NCBI GenBank assembly: GCA_965116655.1
Contig: OZ220720.1
Location: forward strand, 434,319 to 498,318
Length of the DNA: 64,000 nt
Reading direction: 5' to 3'
DNA from: Dehalococcoidia bacterium
GTDB taxonomy: Bacteria > Chloroflexota > Dehalococcoidia > Lucifugimonadales > VXLM01
Shown one piece after another: positions 18,169 to 26,989 of this stretch (the first letter of the stretch is position 1; the number at the start of each line of letters is the position of its first letter). The position numbers were made by a program, and so were the translations under genes. Under the pieces are notes generated by a model. That model worked only from the letters and a program-made list of their open reading frames with translations. It ran no database searches and was not told the DNA's origin.

Positions 18169-18669
18169 ATGGCGGAGCTTACCCTAAGTCCCACTGCCGT
18201 TCAAGCGGAGCTGCACAAGAACGGTGTGACGGACGTGGTCTGGCTGCCCGACACCGAGAGCGGGCACATGTACAACCTGCTGCAGGCGGACCCAGCCCTG
18301 CGGATCATCCCTATCGCCCGCGAGGCCGAGAGTATGCCCATTGCCACCGGCCTGTGGATAGGAGGGCGCAAACCTGTCGTCATGATCCAAAACACCGGGT
18401 TCTTCGAGTCGGGCGATTCGGTTCGCGGGATGGCCGTAGATGTCGCCGCGCCGCTCGTCATCTTCATCGGGTATCGAGGATGGACTCGCCGGGGCGTCAC
18501 GACCGACTCCGCGGCCCTCATCACCGAGCCTACCCTTCATGCTTGGAGGATGGCCTACTACCTCGTCGAGCACGACGAAGACGCGGAGCGAATCTCAGTA
18601 GCGTTCGAGGAAGCTGAGAGAATGCAGCGACCGGTCGGCGTCCTCATCGGCGGCGAGTATTCGGCCTAA
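18169..18669 (+). CDS. Stand-alone TPP-enzyme N-terminal (pyrimidine-binding) domain protein, sulfopyruvate/phosphonopyruvate decarboxylase alpha-subunit-like
   Basis: 166 aa. VVWLPDTESGHMYNLL...IPIAREAESMPIATGLWIGGRKPVVMIQNTG resembles ComD-type alpha subunits. Confidence 0.6.
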   Translation: MAELTLSPTAVQAELHKNGVTDVVWLPDTESGHMYNLLQADPALRIIPIAREAESMPIATGLWIGGRKPVVMIQNTGFFESGDSVRGMAVDVAAPLVIFIGYRGWTRRGVTTDSAALITEPTLHAWRMAYYLVEHDEDAERISVAFEEAERMQRPVGVLIGGEYSA

Positions 18670-18701
18670 ATTCAACCCCCATCAGGGGATGCTAAGCCGC
18701 T

Positions 18702-19157
18702 CTAGGAGTTTCGTCGCTCGATATCGAGGACTTTACTTAGCCGGCGCACGTACTTCTCCTCTTCCTCGGTGAACCTCGCCGACAGAAATGCCGTGACAAC
18801 CTCTTTCGCTAACTCCTCCCCGATGATGCGCGCGCCGATGCAGACCACGTTCATATCGTCGTGCTCGACACCCTGTCGCGCGGAGTAGGTGTCGTGACAC
18901 AGCCCGGCGCGAATGCCTCGAACCTTGTTGGCGGCGACGCTCGCTCCAACACCACTTCCACACACGACAAGACCGCGCTCAGCCCTGCCGTCGGCAACCC
19001 GGACCGCGACCGCCTCGGAGAAGTCAGGGAAGTCGTCGAGCGCGTCGTATTCGTATGCCCCTGCATCCACGACCGCGTGGCCGAGCGACTTGACGTGCTC
19101 GACAATCAGGTTCTTCATCTCGAACCCCGCGTGGTCTCCCCCAACGGCTACCCGCAT
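18702..19157 (-). CDS. rpiB: Ribose-5-phosphate isomerase B
   Basis: MRVAVGGDHAGFEMK, VCGSGVGASVAANK, ARQGVEHDDMNV motifs. Confidence 0.92.
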   Translation of the reverse strand: MRVAVGGDHAGFEMKNLIVEHVKSLGHAVVDAGAYEYDALDDFPDFSEAVAVRVADGRAERGLVVCGSGVGASVAANKVRGIRAGLCHDTYSARQGVEHDDMNVVCIGARIIGEELAKEVVTAFLSARFTEEEEKYVRRLSKVLDIERRNS

Positions 19158-19221
19158 TCGTGCTCTCCCGCGTCGTCGGTTCTCGGTTCAAAGCTTATCA
19201 CAGAGGGCGTCTCACCTTTAG

Positions 19222-20019
19222 GTGATAGAATTCAGAAACTCTCTACCCTGCGAACAGGTTCTCGTGGTCAACAGACGTTCAGGCCGTGTCATGGTGTCGG
19301 AGCGCTACTTTGCCGGTCCGGCACGCGTTCGGAGATTGTTGAACGACTTAGGTGAGGGTAACCCAGATGCAGGGACGCTGTATCTTCAACCATGGCACAG
19401 TGGAGAGACCGATAGATTTACTGCGGAGGATCAGATTCGCGAGGTTTTGAGGACGGTGCCCGATTCGGAGACCGGAGCCGCAATCTTCCGGAATAACGGC
19501 AAAGTATGGGTTGTTCTTCCACCCTTCCCAATCGAGGAATATTTGTTCTCCGATGGAATAGACAATTCCGGTATTGAAGAGGTCTTCGAACGCGACGTAA
19601 CAGTCGGAGTCGTGCTCCTGAGGATGGGCAGGTACGCGATAGGCGTCGTTCGAGGCAATGAGCTGCTCGCTTCGAAGACGGATACCCGCCACGTCAAGAA
19701 CCGCCACCGGGCGGGCGGCTCGTCTCAGCGGAGGTTCATGAGAAGTCGCGACCGGCTCATTCGAGAGCTGTACGACGAGGCTTGCACCGTTACCCGGAGG
19801 ATTTTCGAGCCGCATCTCGGCACCGTCGACTTCGTACTAACCGGTGGGGAACGCCAGACAATTAACGGGTTTCTCAAACGGTGCGACTTCTTCGAAAAGT
19901 CGGATCTGCCCGTCATGAAACGGCTGCTGGCGGTCGAGCGACCAAGTCACAAGGCTTTGGAGGGCATCCACCGCGAAGTGTGGAAGAGTCGCGTGCTTGT
20001 GTTCGAGAGGCCCGAATAA
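19222..20019 (+). CDS. VLRF1-type (Vms1/ANKZF1-like, eRF1-fold) peptidyl-tRNA hydrolase candidate
   Basis: VVLLRMGRYAIGVVRGNELLASKTDTRHVKNRHRAGGSSQRRFMRSRD...FVLTGGERQ matches my memory of the bacterial acVLRF1 signature (GG-x-SQ-x-RF). Start ambiguous (GTG 19222 or ATG 19291). Confidence 0.6.
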   Translation: MIEFRNSLPCEQVLVVNRRSGRVMVSERYFAGPARVRRLLNDLGEGNPDAGTLYLQPWHSGETDRFTAEDQIREVLRTVPDSETGAAIFRNNGKVWVVLPPFPIEEYLFSDGIDNSGIEEVFERDVTVGVVLLRMGRYAIGVVRGNELLASKTDTRHVKNRHRAGGSSQRRFMRSRDRLIRELYDEACTVTRRIFEPHLGTVDFVLTGGERQTINGFLKRCDFFEKSDLPVMKRLLAVERPSHKALEGIHREVWKSRVLVFERPE

Positions 20020-20022
20020 CAG

Positions 20023-20793
20023 CTACTGCGCCGTGTACCCACCGTCGACGGGCAGGTACGAGCCGGTCATAAAGGACGACTCATCCGAGGCCATGAAGAG
20101 CGCTGCATAGGCGACCTCTTCAGGTTTGCCAAGTCGCCCCATCGGGTGTCGCTCCTCTATGGACGCCTTCATTTCGGCGTCCTCCGTGAGCGATCTCGTC
20201 AAAGGGGTCTCCGTGAATCCGGGGCCGAGGCAGTTGACGCGGATGTTCTTCGAGGCCATGTCGATGGCGAGGTTGCGGGTGAACTGGAGGACTCCGCCCT
20301 TCGAGACGGGATAAGGATTGAAGCCGCTCTTCCAGCTTGGCGGGTAGCCCACCACGCTCATAATCGAACCAAGGTTCACGATTGACCCACCCCCTCCTGC
20401 CCGCTCCATCTCCGGGACGGCGTGCAGGGCCATGAGATAGGTGCCCTTGAGGTTGACCTCGATGACGCGGTCCCAGACCTCTTCTGGATGCGTCGTCGCA
20501 GGGAGACTCCGGGCGGTGATCCCGGCGCTGTTCACAAGAATGTGCAGTCCACCATAGGCATCGACTGCCCTTTGGACGATACTCAGCGCCTCGTCGGAGT
20601 CCGTAACGTCGCCCGGGACGGGGATGGACTCGCCTCCCCGTTCGACGATTGCGGCTACGGTCTTCTCCGCGCCATCTTGGTCGATGTCGGACGCAACGAC
20701 GCTGGCCCCGTGCTCCGCGAAGAGCAGAGCCGTCGCCTCTCCGATGCCGGAGGCGGCTCCGGTGACGATTGCGACCTTATCCTGGAGTCTCAT
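20023..20793 (-). CDS. SDR family oxidoreductase (3-oxoacyl-ACP reductase-like)
   Basis: TGAASGIGEA cofactor motif, NSAG, catalytic YxxxK (YPVSK). Confidence 0.88.
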   Translation of the reverse strand: MRLQDKVAIVTGAASGIGEATALLFAEHGASVVASDIDQDGAEKTVAAIVERGGESIPVPGDVTDSDEALSIVQRAVDAYGGLHILVNSAGITARSLPATTHPEEVWDRVIEVNLKGTYLMALHAVPEMERAGGGGSIVNLGSIMSVVGYPPSWKSGFNPYPVSKGGVLQFTRNLAIDMASKNIRVNCLGPGFTETPLTRSLTEDAEMKASIEERHPMGRLGKPEEVAYAALFMASDESSFMTGSYLPVDGGYTAQ

Positions 20794-20805
20794 CGCGCCC
20801 TCTCG

Positions 20806-21675
20806 TCAGTTGAGTTCGACGCCGATCTCGCGGGCCACACTGCGGATGTACTGCTGTCCCTGTACCGTCTGCGGGTATGGAAAGTGCTCGGCGTGAACCG
20901 TTACATCGTGGTCGAGGGCGTCCAAACGCCTCAAGATCGTGTGGTAGTCCATCGTTCCTTCGCCCGGAACGGCCTCGCCGACGTGGCTGACGATCTTGCC
21001 TCCCCCACTGACGGCCACGTCCTTCGCGTGGAGCCCGACGATTTCGCCGCCGAGCTCGTCGAATATCTCCTCAACCAGCTCCGTCGTGCGGTACGCCATA
21101 TGTGGATGCACGAGGTTTACCGGGTCCATGAGAATCTTTAGCCGGGGAGAAGCTACGGTGTCGAGCATCTGCTTGAGGCGGTCCACCGAGTACAGGCAGG
21201 TCATGACGTGAGGATGCGCCCCGATGTCCATCCCTGCTTCCTCGGCAAGATCGGCCAGTTCCCGGATGCCGTCGAGTACCTGCCGCCATGTGTCTTCCTC
21301 CCACATCTTCGGTGTTCCGCGTCCGACCAGCGTGCCGAAACCTACGAGATGCGCGCCAAGAATCTTCGCGTGCCGCAGTTGGCGTTCGTAGAGTTCTAGC
21401 GTGTACCGGTGGTCCTCGCGGTCATAGCCGCCCAGACCACCCCAGGGCCTCGTACCCTTGTAGAAACCGGTGAACTCGCCGACGCTCAGGCCGTTGTCAT
21501 CGAGAAACTCCCGAAGCTCGTACACGTCGTCGTCGTCGTACTCGGGACGAACCCTCTGGACGGTTATTGTCGTAACATCCATCGTGGCCGTGCATTTGAG
21601 CAGTTCACGTCGGTCGGCCTCACCTTCAGGACCGACGGTAAGGAATTGGCCGAGCGGGGGACTCATGATAATCAT
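20806..21675 (-). CDS. Sugar phosphate isomerase/epimerase (xylose isomerase-like TIM barrel)
   Basis: Length and pattern (GAHPH, HAKD, EHFPY) typical of the AP endonuclease 2 / XylA-like TIM family. Confidence 0.7.
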   Translation of the reverse strand: MIIMSPPLGQFLTVGPEGEADRRELLKCTATMDVTTITVQRVRPEYDDDDVYELREFLDDNGLSVGEFTGFYKGTRPWGGLGGYDREDHRYTLELYERQLRHAKILGAHLVGFGTLVGRGTPKMWEEDTWRQVLDGIRELADLAEEAGMDIGAHPHVMTCLYSVDRLKQMLDTVASPRLKILMDPVNLVHPHMAYRTTELVEEIFDELGGEIVGLHAKDVAVSGGGKIVSHVGEAVPGEGTMDYHTILRRLDALDHDVTVHAEHFPYPQTVQGQQYIRSVAREIGVELN

Positions 21676-21755
21676 TGCGTTCCTCCGAGTGCTGATCTGC
21701 GAGCGCTAGTACCGTTCCCATTTGAATATGACAGCTGGATAGAGAGGCGCGTATT

Positions 21756-21792
21756 CCCTCTCCCGTCGTGGGAGAGGGCTAGGGTGAGGGTG
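21756..21792. repeat. CCCTCTCCC...GGGAGAGGG...GGGTGAGGGTG palindromic repeat
   Basis: Hairpin CCCTCTCCC-GTCGT-GGGAGAGGG followed by CTAGGGTGAGGGTG. Related copies at 48193-48256 and 44711-44737. Confidence 0.6.
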
Positions 21793-21893
21793 TTTCGAGT
21801 AAGTTACCAAAACTATATGGAACCGGTACTACGTGTTTGCTGCTAGGGTGATTGTACCCGAATATCGCCGAATCGTCCGATACCTCGACTGAA

Positions 21894-23213
21894 CTATTCA
21901 ACCTCCACAATTGCCGACTGCCCGTTTAGTCCGACGATTCGCGCCCACGTGATTTCATTCGCCAGATCGCGGTCGGAGCCCGCAATCACCCGGATATAGT
22001 TGTCAGTGAGTCCTGCCCACTTTTCCGTCTTGTGGGACTCCCACAACACCTGTCGGCTCGTTCCGAGGAAGCGGCTACGATAATTTGTCCCCAGTTCCTG
22101 CGACAACTCAATGAGCCGCCCTACCCGCTCCGACTTGACTTGCGGCGGTACGTCGTCGCGGAAATGCGCAGCGCTGGTACCCGGACGTGCCGAGTAAGGG
22201 AACACATGCATCGAAGCGAACCCAACTTCTCCGCACAGACGATAGGTCTGCTCGAAATCGCCCTCCGTCTCGCCGGGGAATCCGGCAATGACATCCGTCG
22301 TGACTGCCGCCTCCGGCACGGCTTGTCGAATAGCATCGACGGCGCGTCGGAACCGATTGCTGTCGTACCGCCGCCTCATGCGCATCAGCACGGCGTTGCT
22401 ACCGCTCTGGAGAGGGAGATGAAAGTGAGGCGCAAGTCTGTCGTCCGACCACAGCGACAGCAGTCCTTCGTCAATCTCATGGGCCTGCAAAGACGACACG
22501 CGGAGCCGCGCCATGTCACACCGGTCCAGCACGTGGCGGATCAGGCCTGTGAGGTCGATCCCTTCAAGATCAAAGCCGTACGAGCCCAGTTGCGTGCCCG
22601 TAAGGACGACCTCCTTGTAGCCCCGGTTCGTGTATTCATCTATAGTGCGAACGATCTCGTCCGGCGGAATGCTTCGCTCGCGCCCTCGCACCTTCGGTAC
22701 GATGCAGTAGGCGCACACCTGGTTGCAGCCCTCCTGTATCTTGACCATGGCGCGCGTTCGAGCGGCGCTCGGACTGATCACCTGCACGTCATCACCGGTG
22801 GCGCAGGGAACGATCTCATCCCCCGCCCAGTCGATCACATGCCGCACCAGTGACGCCTTCTCGGTATTGCCGACCACCAGATCGACCTCGTCGAGCTGTC
22901 GCAGAGTCTCCGGCGAGCGCTGTGCATAGCAACCGGTAGCTACTATGGTGGCGTTAGGATGACGTCGCCGGGCGGAGCGCAGCGCCTGTCTGGCCTTCGA
23001 GTCGGCCACGTGCGTGACGGTGCAGCTGTTCACTACGTAGACGTCGACAGGCGTGTCTTCACCCACGACCTCAAATCCCGCCTGGGTAAACTCAGTGGCC
23101 AGACCGCCGGAATCGGCCTGATTAAGCTTGCAGCCGTGCGTCTCGATGGCCACTCGCGGCATTGGCTGTAGTTCGATGTCAAGCATAGGGAAATCCCAGC
23201 TTGATTCTACCAT
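21894..23213 (-). CDS. mtaB: tRNA (N6-threonylcarbamoyl-A37) methylthiotransferase, radical SAM
   Basis: UPF0004 N-domain (VAIETHGCKLNQAD), radical SAM CNQVCAYC, TRAM-like C-terminus. Start chosen at M25 (GGGAGGG Shine-Dalgarno upstream); 23285, 23186 and 23162 are also possible. Confidence 0.9.
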   Translation of the reverse strand: MVESSWDFPMLDIELQPMPRVAIETHGCKLNQADSGGLATEFTQAGFEVVGEDTPVDVYVVNSCTVTHVADSKARQALRSARRRHPNATIVATGCYAQRSPETLRQLDEVDLVVGNTEKASLVRHVIDWAGDEIVPCATGDDVQVISPSAARTRAMVKIQEGCNQVCAYCIVPKVRGRERSIPPDEIVRTIDEYTNRGYKEVVLTGTQLGSYGFDLEGIDLTGLIRHVLDRCDMARLRVSSLQAHEIDEGLLSLWSDDRLAPHFHLPLQSGSNAVLMRMRRRYDSNRFRRAVDAIRQAVPEAAVTTDVIAGFPGETEGDFEQTYRLCGEVGFASMHVFPYSARPGTSAAHFRDDVPPQVKSERVGRLIELSQELGTNYRSRFLGTSRQVLWESHKTEKWAGLTDNYIRVIAGSDRDLANEITWARIVGLNGQSAIVEVE

Positions 23214-23323
23214 GCCGACCGCCCTCCCAAAGGAAGAGCCGTGTCGTTTGATAGCATGGGCGACTGCGTTGTACGATGATGGCAAGCGGCCCCGCGCCGC
23301 ATGATTGCCGAGGAGGAGAACGC

Positions 23324-23572
23324 ATGGAGCAAGCAGGAATCACCGTTTACGGCACGACGTGGTGCGGCGATTGCAGGCGGGCCAAGCTCTTCCTCGATAC
23401 CCGAAAAATCGGCTACGACTGGGTTGATATAGAGGCGGACGCTGAGGCTGCCCTCAAGGTCATGGAGATCAACGGTGGTTATCGAAGCGTCCCGACTATC
23501 GTTTTCGAGGACGGCTCCATTCTCGTCGAGCCCAGCAACGCCGAACTCGCCCAGAAGTTCGCCGACCGCTAA
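23324..23572 (+). CDS. Glutaredoxin-like (NrdH/mycoredoxin-type) small redox protein
   Basis: YGTTWCGDCRR active site (CxxC), SVPTIVF motif, AGGAGG Shine-Dalgarno before the ATG at 23324. Confidence 0.8.
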   Translation: MEQAGITVYGTTWCGDCRRAKLFLDTRKIGYDWVDIEADAEAALKVMEINGGYRSVPTIVFEDGSILVEPSNAELAQKFADR

Positions 23573-23584
23573 ACGTATCGACGT

Positions 23585-25213
23585 ATGACAGCGGCTAACC
23601 GTACGGTAGGCGATATCTTTGCCGAGGCCCTAAAGCGCGGCGGGGTTCCGTGCGTATTCGGCATTCCCGGCGGCGGAAGCGCGATAGACCTCATCGAGGC
23701 CTGCCGAACCGTAGATATTCCTTTCGTTCTCGTACAGCACGAGACTACCGCGGCGATGTCTGCCATCGTCGCGGGCGAGTTGACCGGTTCTTGCGGGGTA
23801 TGTATGTCGATAATGGGCCCCGGTGCAGCCAACCTTGTCGGCGGAGCCAGCTTCGGGCTGTGGGAACGTCACGCCGTCCTGAGCCTCACGGAGTCCTACC
23901 CTGCTGCTCAGGCCCCGCGCATGTCGCTCCAGCTCATGGACCACTCCCAGATGTTCACGAGCTTCTCAAAGGCGTCCGAAGTGCTGAACGACGATCACCC
24001 CGGCGAGCAGGCATCGAGGCTGATGAGTCTCTCCCTCGCAGAGCGTCCGGGCCCCGTGCACCTCGACATCCCTAACGATCTACTTACCCGACAGGCGTCG
24101 TCGCCGAAGCGGTTCCCTTCCGATGTACAAGATGATGCATCCGATATTGCCGGCGATCTCGATGCCATCACCGACACAATTAACAATGCTGTCAAGCCCG
24201 TTCTCGTCGTCGGTCCGTCCGTCGTTCGAGCAAACGCCTTTGAGGAGCTTCGAATGCTTGCCGAGCGTCTTGGAGCGGCGGTAGTAACGACTTCGAAGGC
24301 GCGGGGCGTAATCCCGGAAGATCATCCTCTGGCCGCCGGTATCGTTACCGGCGTATACGGCGACACGACATTCGAGGGACGGATCATCGGTCAAAGCGAC
24401 CTGATCGTTGGTGTTGGTCTCGATCGCATGGAGCTGCTTTCTCCTTGGAATTTCTCGCAGCCGCTCGTTTGCATAGACTCAATCGACACTTCCACAGAGC
24501 AGGTCGGCAGTCCCACGCACACCGTGCACGGGCCGCTCGACCACATTCTCGCCCAGCTCACGGAGGCCGTTCAGCCTGCTGAGGCTTGGAGTATGGTGGA
24601 ACTGAGCGAATTCCGCGACTACGTGCGTTCGGCGCTCCTCGCGGACTCGGATGACCTGAACTCGGCCACCTTGCTGAAACGCGCCCAAACTATGGCGCAT
24701 CCCGACACGATGCTTGTCACCGAGACAGGCATATATAACGCGGTAAATCTGTTCACTTGGCAGGTCCACGCGCCCGACCTCTATTTCGGCTCCAGCGGCG
24801 CGAACACGATGGGGTTTTCCCTACCTGCCGCGCTGGCGTCATCGCTCATTCGGCCCGAACAGAAAACGGTTGCCCTTGTCGGTGACGGCGGGTTCCTGAT
24901 GAAGGCTTCCGAGTTGGAGACCCTTGCGCGAGAGAAGCTCGCTCCAATCATCATCGTGTTCAATGACCGATCGCTCGGCCTGATCAGGATCAAGCAGGCC
25001 GCGAAGGGGTATGAGCGTGACGCCGTCGATCTGGCGCCTGTCGATTTCGCTCGGCTTGCTCAGGGCTTCGGGGGGCGAGGTGAGCGAGTCGGCACTCTTG
25101 CAGCGTTTGATGCTGCCTTCAAGGGAGCGCTGGACGAAGACCGATTCACCGTAATCGACGCCCGGCTTGACCCGGACGTGTACGCCTCACACATGGCGCC
25201 GATCAGGGGATAA
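23585..25213 (+). CDS. Thiamine-diphosphate-dependent enzyme (acetolactate synthase large-subunit-like)
   Basis: Three-domain architecture. N-terminal GIPGG...HETTAAM and C-terminal GDGGFLM...FND TPP motif. Confidence 0.85.
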   Translation: MTAANRTVGDIFAEALKRGGVPCVFGIPGGGSAIDLIEACRTVDIPFVLVQHETTAAMSAIVAGELTGSCGVCMSIMGPGAANLVGGASFGLWERHAVLSLTESYPAAQAPRMSLQLMDHSQMFTSFSKASEVLNDDHPGEQASRLMSLSLAERPGPVHLDIPNDLLTRQASSPKRFPSDVQDDASDIAGDLDAITDTINNAVKPVLVVGPSVVRANAFEELRMLAERLGAAVVTTSKARGVIPEDHPLAAGIVTGVYGDTTFEGRIIGQSDLIVGVGLDRMELLSPWNFSQPLVCIDSIDTSTEQVGSPTHTVHGPLDHILAQLTEAVQPAEAWSMVELSEFRDYVRSALLADSDDLNSATLLKRAQTMAHPDTMLVTETGIYNAVNLFTWQVHAPDLYFGSSGANTMGFSLPAALASSLIRPEQKTVALVGDGGFLMKASELETLAREKLAPIIIVFNDRSLGLIRIKQAAKGYERDAVDLAPVDFARLAQGFGGRGERVGTLAAFDAAFKGALDEDRFTVIDARLDPDVYASHMAPIRG

Positions 25214-25279
25214 CTTCTCTGGCTTCCACCGCGTTAAGATAAGCGATCACCATCTGCGCTTGTTCGGGATTCCCACGGC

Positions 25280-26089
25280 ATGCCGTACATCACAATAGCA
25301 TCCGGGACACAGCTCTACTACGAACGCATCGGCTCGGGCCCTCCCCTCCTGCTCATCATGGGCACCGGCCTCAACCACTCGGTGTGGGACGCACAGGTCG
25401 AGGCTTACCGAAATGAGTTCGAGTGCATCGTCTTTGATAACGCGGGAACGGGTAAGTCCGGGCGACCGGAAGAGAAACTTACCGTGAAGTCCATGGCCGG
25501 GGACGCGATTGGGCTGCTGGAAGCGCTCGGCATCAAGCGTGCTCATGTTTCCGGCGTGTCGCTAGGGTCGTGCATTGCGCAGGAACTAACGTTGGCCAGG
25601 CCCGACATGGTCGCGTCACTCCAGCTTCACGGGACATGGGCGAGAACCGACGGATACGCCGGGAGAAAATTCCGGGCGCAGATTCGGCTCATAGAGATGC
25701 TGGACATGCGGGAATTCTATGAGATCAATGTCCTGTGGTTCATTACCCCGGAGTTCTTCGACGCGCACCCGGAACGGGTCGAGGCCCAGATCGAAGCTAT
25801 TGTTGCCAATGCGCCGAGCCGCGAGTCGCTGATCGAGCAGTACCAGGCCGACATCGAACACTACACGCTCGACCGGTTACCGCACATTAAAGCGCCCACG
25901 CTCGTGACGGTCGGGAGCTTCGACGTTGCCGTTCCCCCGATGTACGGACGAGAAGTGGCTGATGCGATTCCCCGGGCGGAGTTTGTGGTGATCGAAGTTG
26001 GAGGGCATCTCTACAACATGGAGAACCCCGATGATTTCAACCGAGTGACATTGGATTTTCTCCGGCGTGCAGGGAGGGTCGCTGAATAG
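25280..26089 (+). CDS. Alpha/beta hydrolase
   Basis: LLLIMG oxyanion region, nucleophile elbow GVSLGS, C-terminal GGH. Confidence 0.85.
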   Translation: MPYITIASGTQLYYERIGSGPPLLLIMGTGLNHSVWDAQVEAYRNEFECIVFDNAGTGKSGRPEEKLTVKSMAGDAIGLLEALGIKRAHVSGVSLGSCIAQELTLARPDMVASLQLHGTWARTDGYAGRKFRAQIRLIEMLDMREFYEINVLWFITPEFFDAHPERVEAQIEAIVANAPSRESLIEQYQADIEHYTLDRLPHIKAPTLVTVGSFDVAVPPMYGREVADAIPRAEFVVIEVGGHLYNMENPDDFNRVTLDFLRRAGRVAE

Positions 26090-26219
26090 GTATACTCGAC
26101 GCCCCAGGGTAAGCACCTACTGCCTGTGAGAACGAAGATGTTTGATAGGCGCGAACTAAATCATCTGATACTATGTGTAAATTAAAGAAATGACAATTCG
26201 AGAAGCCGAAAGGACCCAT

Positions 26220-26924
26220 ATGAAAATCGAGAGAAATCTCATTCCGATATTGGTCATTGTGACCAGCATCCTGTTGGTTGTGCCCGCGGTGGGAATGGTC
26301 GTCGGGATGGCTTTAGCCTCCGATCCCGGGGACGATTCTTCGGCCGCGAAAGGCGAACCCGAATTAGCGCCCTTCGAACTTCCGCCGCTGCCGGAAAAAG
26401 AGTTCCAGCCGGATAATTCGCCTCCCAACGTGTCCTCTATAGGTTCCCGCTCCGACTCGGACGGTTTTACCAATCAGGGAGAAATCTACACGTATGAGGA
26501 CGGCGACAGAACCATGAGGGTTGTCTTGCAGGGCGATCTAGTTCTCAAAACGAACTCAACCGTAACTTCCGACGACAGGGTGGTCATGTTGGGTCCAGCT
26601 CAGAGCATCGTCAAGAGTGCGGATGGTGGCGGACAGGGAGGACTTCCCGTATTTCGTTCCGAATCGGGAGGAGCGTTGATGACGCTTCCAGGGGGGGTCC
26701 TGCTGGCGCTGGATCCCGAATGGGACAAGGCCCAAGTTGACAGTTTCCTCTCCGATAACGGCATCTCGCCGGAGCAGGTTTCCGAGTTGGGATTCATGCA
26801 GAACGGCTTCCTGGTGGAGACAGAGGCCGGCTTCCCATCGCTGGAACTGGCCAATTCGCTGGCTGGTCAGGATGGAGTAGAAGCCTCAACGCCCAACTGG
26901 TGGAACGAGGTCAAGTCAAGGTGA
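26220..26924 (+). CDS. Secreted/membrane-anchored hypothetical protein; C-terminal half resembles a subtilase propeptide
   Basis: N-terminal TM/signal LIPILVIVTSILLVVPAVGMVVGMALA, low-complexity linker. The C-terminus ends ...GFLVETEAGFPSLELANSLAGQDGVEASTPNWW. Lies immediately upstream of the S8 protease. Confidence 0.6.
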   Translation: MKIERNLIPILVIVTSILLVVPAVGMVVGMALASDPGDDSSAAKGEPELAPFELPPLPEKEFQPDNSPPNVSSIGSRSDSDGFTNQGEIYTYEDGDRTMRVVLQGDLVLKTNSTVTSDDRVVMLGPAQSIVKSADGGGQGGLPVFRSESGGALMTLPGGVLLALDPEWDKAQVDSFLSDNGISPEQVSELGFMQNGFLVETEAGFPSLELANSLAGQDGVEASTPNWWNEVKSR

Positions 26925-26989
26925 GGACGATGTCCCCACAGGCTTATCCTCCAAGCGTCCGCATACTATAGTTCTGGAGAGAATCACTC

